64,000 nucleotides of DNA, from positions 14,632,001 to 14,696,000 of the forward strand of contig CM102285.1 of assembly GCA_046563655.1 (NCBI GenBank). Reading direction: 5' to 3'. Shown piece after piece: positions 61,801-64,000 of the stretch (positions are counted from its first letter, which is position 1; every line of letters begins with the position of its first letter). Source of the DNA: Yuukianura sp. NJ FZ-2021 (Eukaryota). The translations under genes and the position numbers were made by a program. The notes under the pieces are model-generated. The model made no database searches. It was not told the DNA's origin and worked only from the letters and a program-made list of their open reading frames with translations.

Positions 61801-61972
61801 TGTGCTTTGTATTTGTAGCGATTTACTCCAGAATCCTCTCATTGTGCCGGTCAAGAAGCTTCGTGGACATGAAAAGGCCAATGACTTTGGAATCCTGAGT
61901 GTCGCTTGGCACAACATGCAGCCATGGGTATTCTCTTCCGGAGCAGATCGAACTATAAAACTCTACACTTAA
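58839..61972 (+). CDS. BOP1: Ribosome biogenesis protein BOP1/Erb1 (WD40)
   Basis: First coding exon [78 protein letters not shown] and [12 protein letters not shown]. Stop 61970-61972. Confidence 0.96.
61268..61430. repeat. Intronic ~20-nt tandem repeat (GACACTTAACGATTTTT)
   Basis: About 7 degenerate copies in a BOP1 intron. Confidence 0.7.
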
Positions 61973-62189
61973 ATTAGAAGATTAACATTAAAGAGTAACA
62001 ATGCTATCAAGTGATTTTTGGTAAATGAAAGACCCGGTTTATTGCCGGGATAGATACGATTTACAACGTTTTTAGATACATGCACGATTATTTTTATGAA
62101 GTTGAATATCACAATTTTTACGAAAACGTTTTTGTTAGATTTTGATTAGTTTTGACTTTTAGTATTTTTGGAACTTTTTGATGAAGATT

Positions 62190-63048
62190 TTAAGGAGCAG
62201 GCGCAGCTCCTCCAACTTGAGCTGGACGGGGAGCAGCAGCAGCGACATTACCAGCAGCAGCGACATTACCAGCAGCAGCAGCTTGGGCTCGGGTTACACG
62301 TTGGGCTTGACGATTGGGCATGAAGTCCTCAAGCCGAGCACGGCCGCTGTTGATGTCCTCCAGCATTCTGTCGTAGATTCGCTTCGCTTCGTCAGCCTGG
62401 GCTTTGAACGGTGCTTGTTGTTCTGGAGTCATTGCGCGCCAAGCTTGGCTGCCAACCCGAGCCATCTCCGAAATTGATCGTCCATTGCCCTCACGCTAAA
62501 AGCAAGAGAAATCAGGTGAGCATCTTATCTTAACTTAAAGCAATAGTAGTTCAGCACAATTTAAATGTTAACTTACATGCCAGAGGTCCTTGGCAAAACA
62601 GATGAAAGCGTTTCCAGGACGTTTGAGCAACGTTTTCTTGGCTTGGTAATCTGCATATGCACGGCGGTAACGAGCCAATTCTGGACGAGCCTGGATCTCG
62701 TAGCGTTGTCGTTGAACCGGATTGTTGCGCCAGATTTGTCCAGCGTACGGCATGACAGCAGGAGCCTACAATTTACAATCACAGATGATTATCGATTATC
62801 GGATGCCTGGAACAACGAAATGATATACAGTCTTGTACGGTATGCCTTACCGTATGAAAGTTTCGAGCCATGGCTGTCCGGAAGTAGTCACGAACAAAGA
62901 GGTTGAATCCTGATGGAGGTTTCCGTGGTTTCGGTGGCATGAGGTTCGCCACTCGTCGTCCTTGAATGTGCTTCCGACGACGACGAATGAGTCGTCCACC
63001 ATCTCTGGCACGAAGAAGGTTTCGCATTGCCAGTGCTCGTCGAACCAT
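62190..63048 (-). CDS. Double HMG-box protein with Arg-rich N-terminus (divergent TFAM-like or sperm-chromatin HMG)
   Basis: PKPRKPPSGFNLFVRDY..|..AGQIWR..RQRYE; KRPGNAFICFAKD..|..ISEMARVGSQAWRAMTPEQQAPFKAQADEAKRIY. Three exons. Confidence 0.8.
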
Positions 63049-63197
63049 GTTGACGGAGATACTTGTTGAACTTGGTTTTTTGAGTAAAGGTCACTCGAAA
63101 GGTCGATGTTTTTGATTTGAAAAGGAAGTTGAGTCGGTGTGTCCTCACTGGTTGATGTACAACGTAGACCTGAAGGCCAAAAAGTCCTTGTCTCCAG

Positions 63198-63266
63198 TAT
63201 TTATAGGGTTTCAAAATGACGTCAGAAGACTCCTCCCCCGGGAGGCTGTGCAGAATTCCAATTGGC
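63198..63266 (-). promoter_or_regulatory. TATA box, CRE and CCAAT upstream of the HMG gene
   Basis: Minus-strand CTATAAATA (63198-63206), TGACGTCA (63217-63224), CCAATTGG (~63259). Confidence 0.55.
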
Positions 63267-63677
63267 TGGAAGATGTTGTGAAGTTTGCAGCGGTCATTGA
63301 CCTCATATCAGCTGTTTAGCTGCGAAACCGAGGTCAATCACCTACACACAGGCCACGCCCCTTGATGCGAACAAACAACTTTCTGCCAAACAATTTCACT
63401 CTCCGCAGCGGCCAAGGTTGCTATGACGATGTTTGGAACTGATTTAAACAAAAACGAATAAGTTAACGACGACGATTACCGGTAAAATTTAAACCTTCTT
63501 CAAGGTCTATCAATCATTAAAATTTGAATCGCTGATCCTGTAATTTTTGGAACTTTAGAATTTGAGGTCTTCAATCACTTTAATTTCAAATCCAACATTA
63601 ATTTTTCATCATCTTTACAAAGATAAACATTAACTTTAAAAAATTAAGTTTAATTTTAACTATGTCATGCTTGTGGT

Positions 63678-64000
63678 CTAGTGTTTGGTACGTTTTAGTG
63701 AAATTGTGGTGGAGAGAGGAGGTGAGGCAGTGAGTGGATTGAGGATTGGACTGGACGGAGACTGATATAGAGTTGCAGAACCAAAACCTGAATTAAACAG
63801 ACAGTAATTAAAGTTAAAGTTAAGTAGTTAACTTTATGTAATTATGTAATTGAACTAACCTGGATAGTAAGATGGTTGGAATCGTGATGAAAACATAGAA
63901 CTTCTACCAAATCCTTGTGGAGTTCCGATGTAAGGATTTTCAAATGAGGGCCCACCACCAGCATAACTATTGTACAATTTAGCAGGGTCTCTCATACCTG
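63678..64000 (-). CDS. 3' end of an unidentified Gly/Ser/Pro-rich protein (two exons visible)
   Basis: GMRDPAKLYNSYAGGGPSFENPYIGTPQGFGRSSMFSSRFQPSYYP|GFGSATLYQSPSSPILNPLTASPPLSTTISLKRTKH*, joined by a GT-AG intron. Confidence 0.55.

Overview
Gene-dense, AT-rich eukaryotic DNA with many short GT-AG introns (mostly about 50-120 nt). It is almost certainly an arthropod, given the peritrophin, charlatan and ZAD-type zinc-finger genes. A compact hexapod such as a springtail is a guess. I reconstructed about 21 spliced protein genes by hand: MSH2 (5'-truncated), a repeat-rich orphan, DNAAF5/HEATR2, a peritrophin-mucin, a CSPP1/CCDC66-like gene, a secreted triple CAP-like-domain gene, two tandem pancreatic-type lipases with a myristoylation-motif orphan between them, ARMC2, a hidden 69-aa coiled-coil microprotein, pigeon/GSAP, HSF, charlatan, a Cys-rich GPI-like protein, a ZAD-C2H2 gene, GFM2, U1-C, BOP1, a double-HMG-box gene and the 3' end of one more gene. 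Beyond the genes, four things stand out. (1) At least seven short non-autonomous hAT-like elements, six with 8-bp target duplications, including a nested pair and a three-copy family. (2) RFX X-boxes in front of the ciliary genes and the orphan. (3) An HSF gene with a GC-AG intron, a duplicated exon end giving twin donors, and strong intronic hairpins. (4) A large excess of the DR1-type 12-mer GGTCAAAGGTCA in both introns and coding exons. All identifications come from motif recognition by eye; no database search was run. CDS coordinates span introns.
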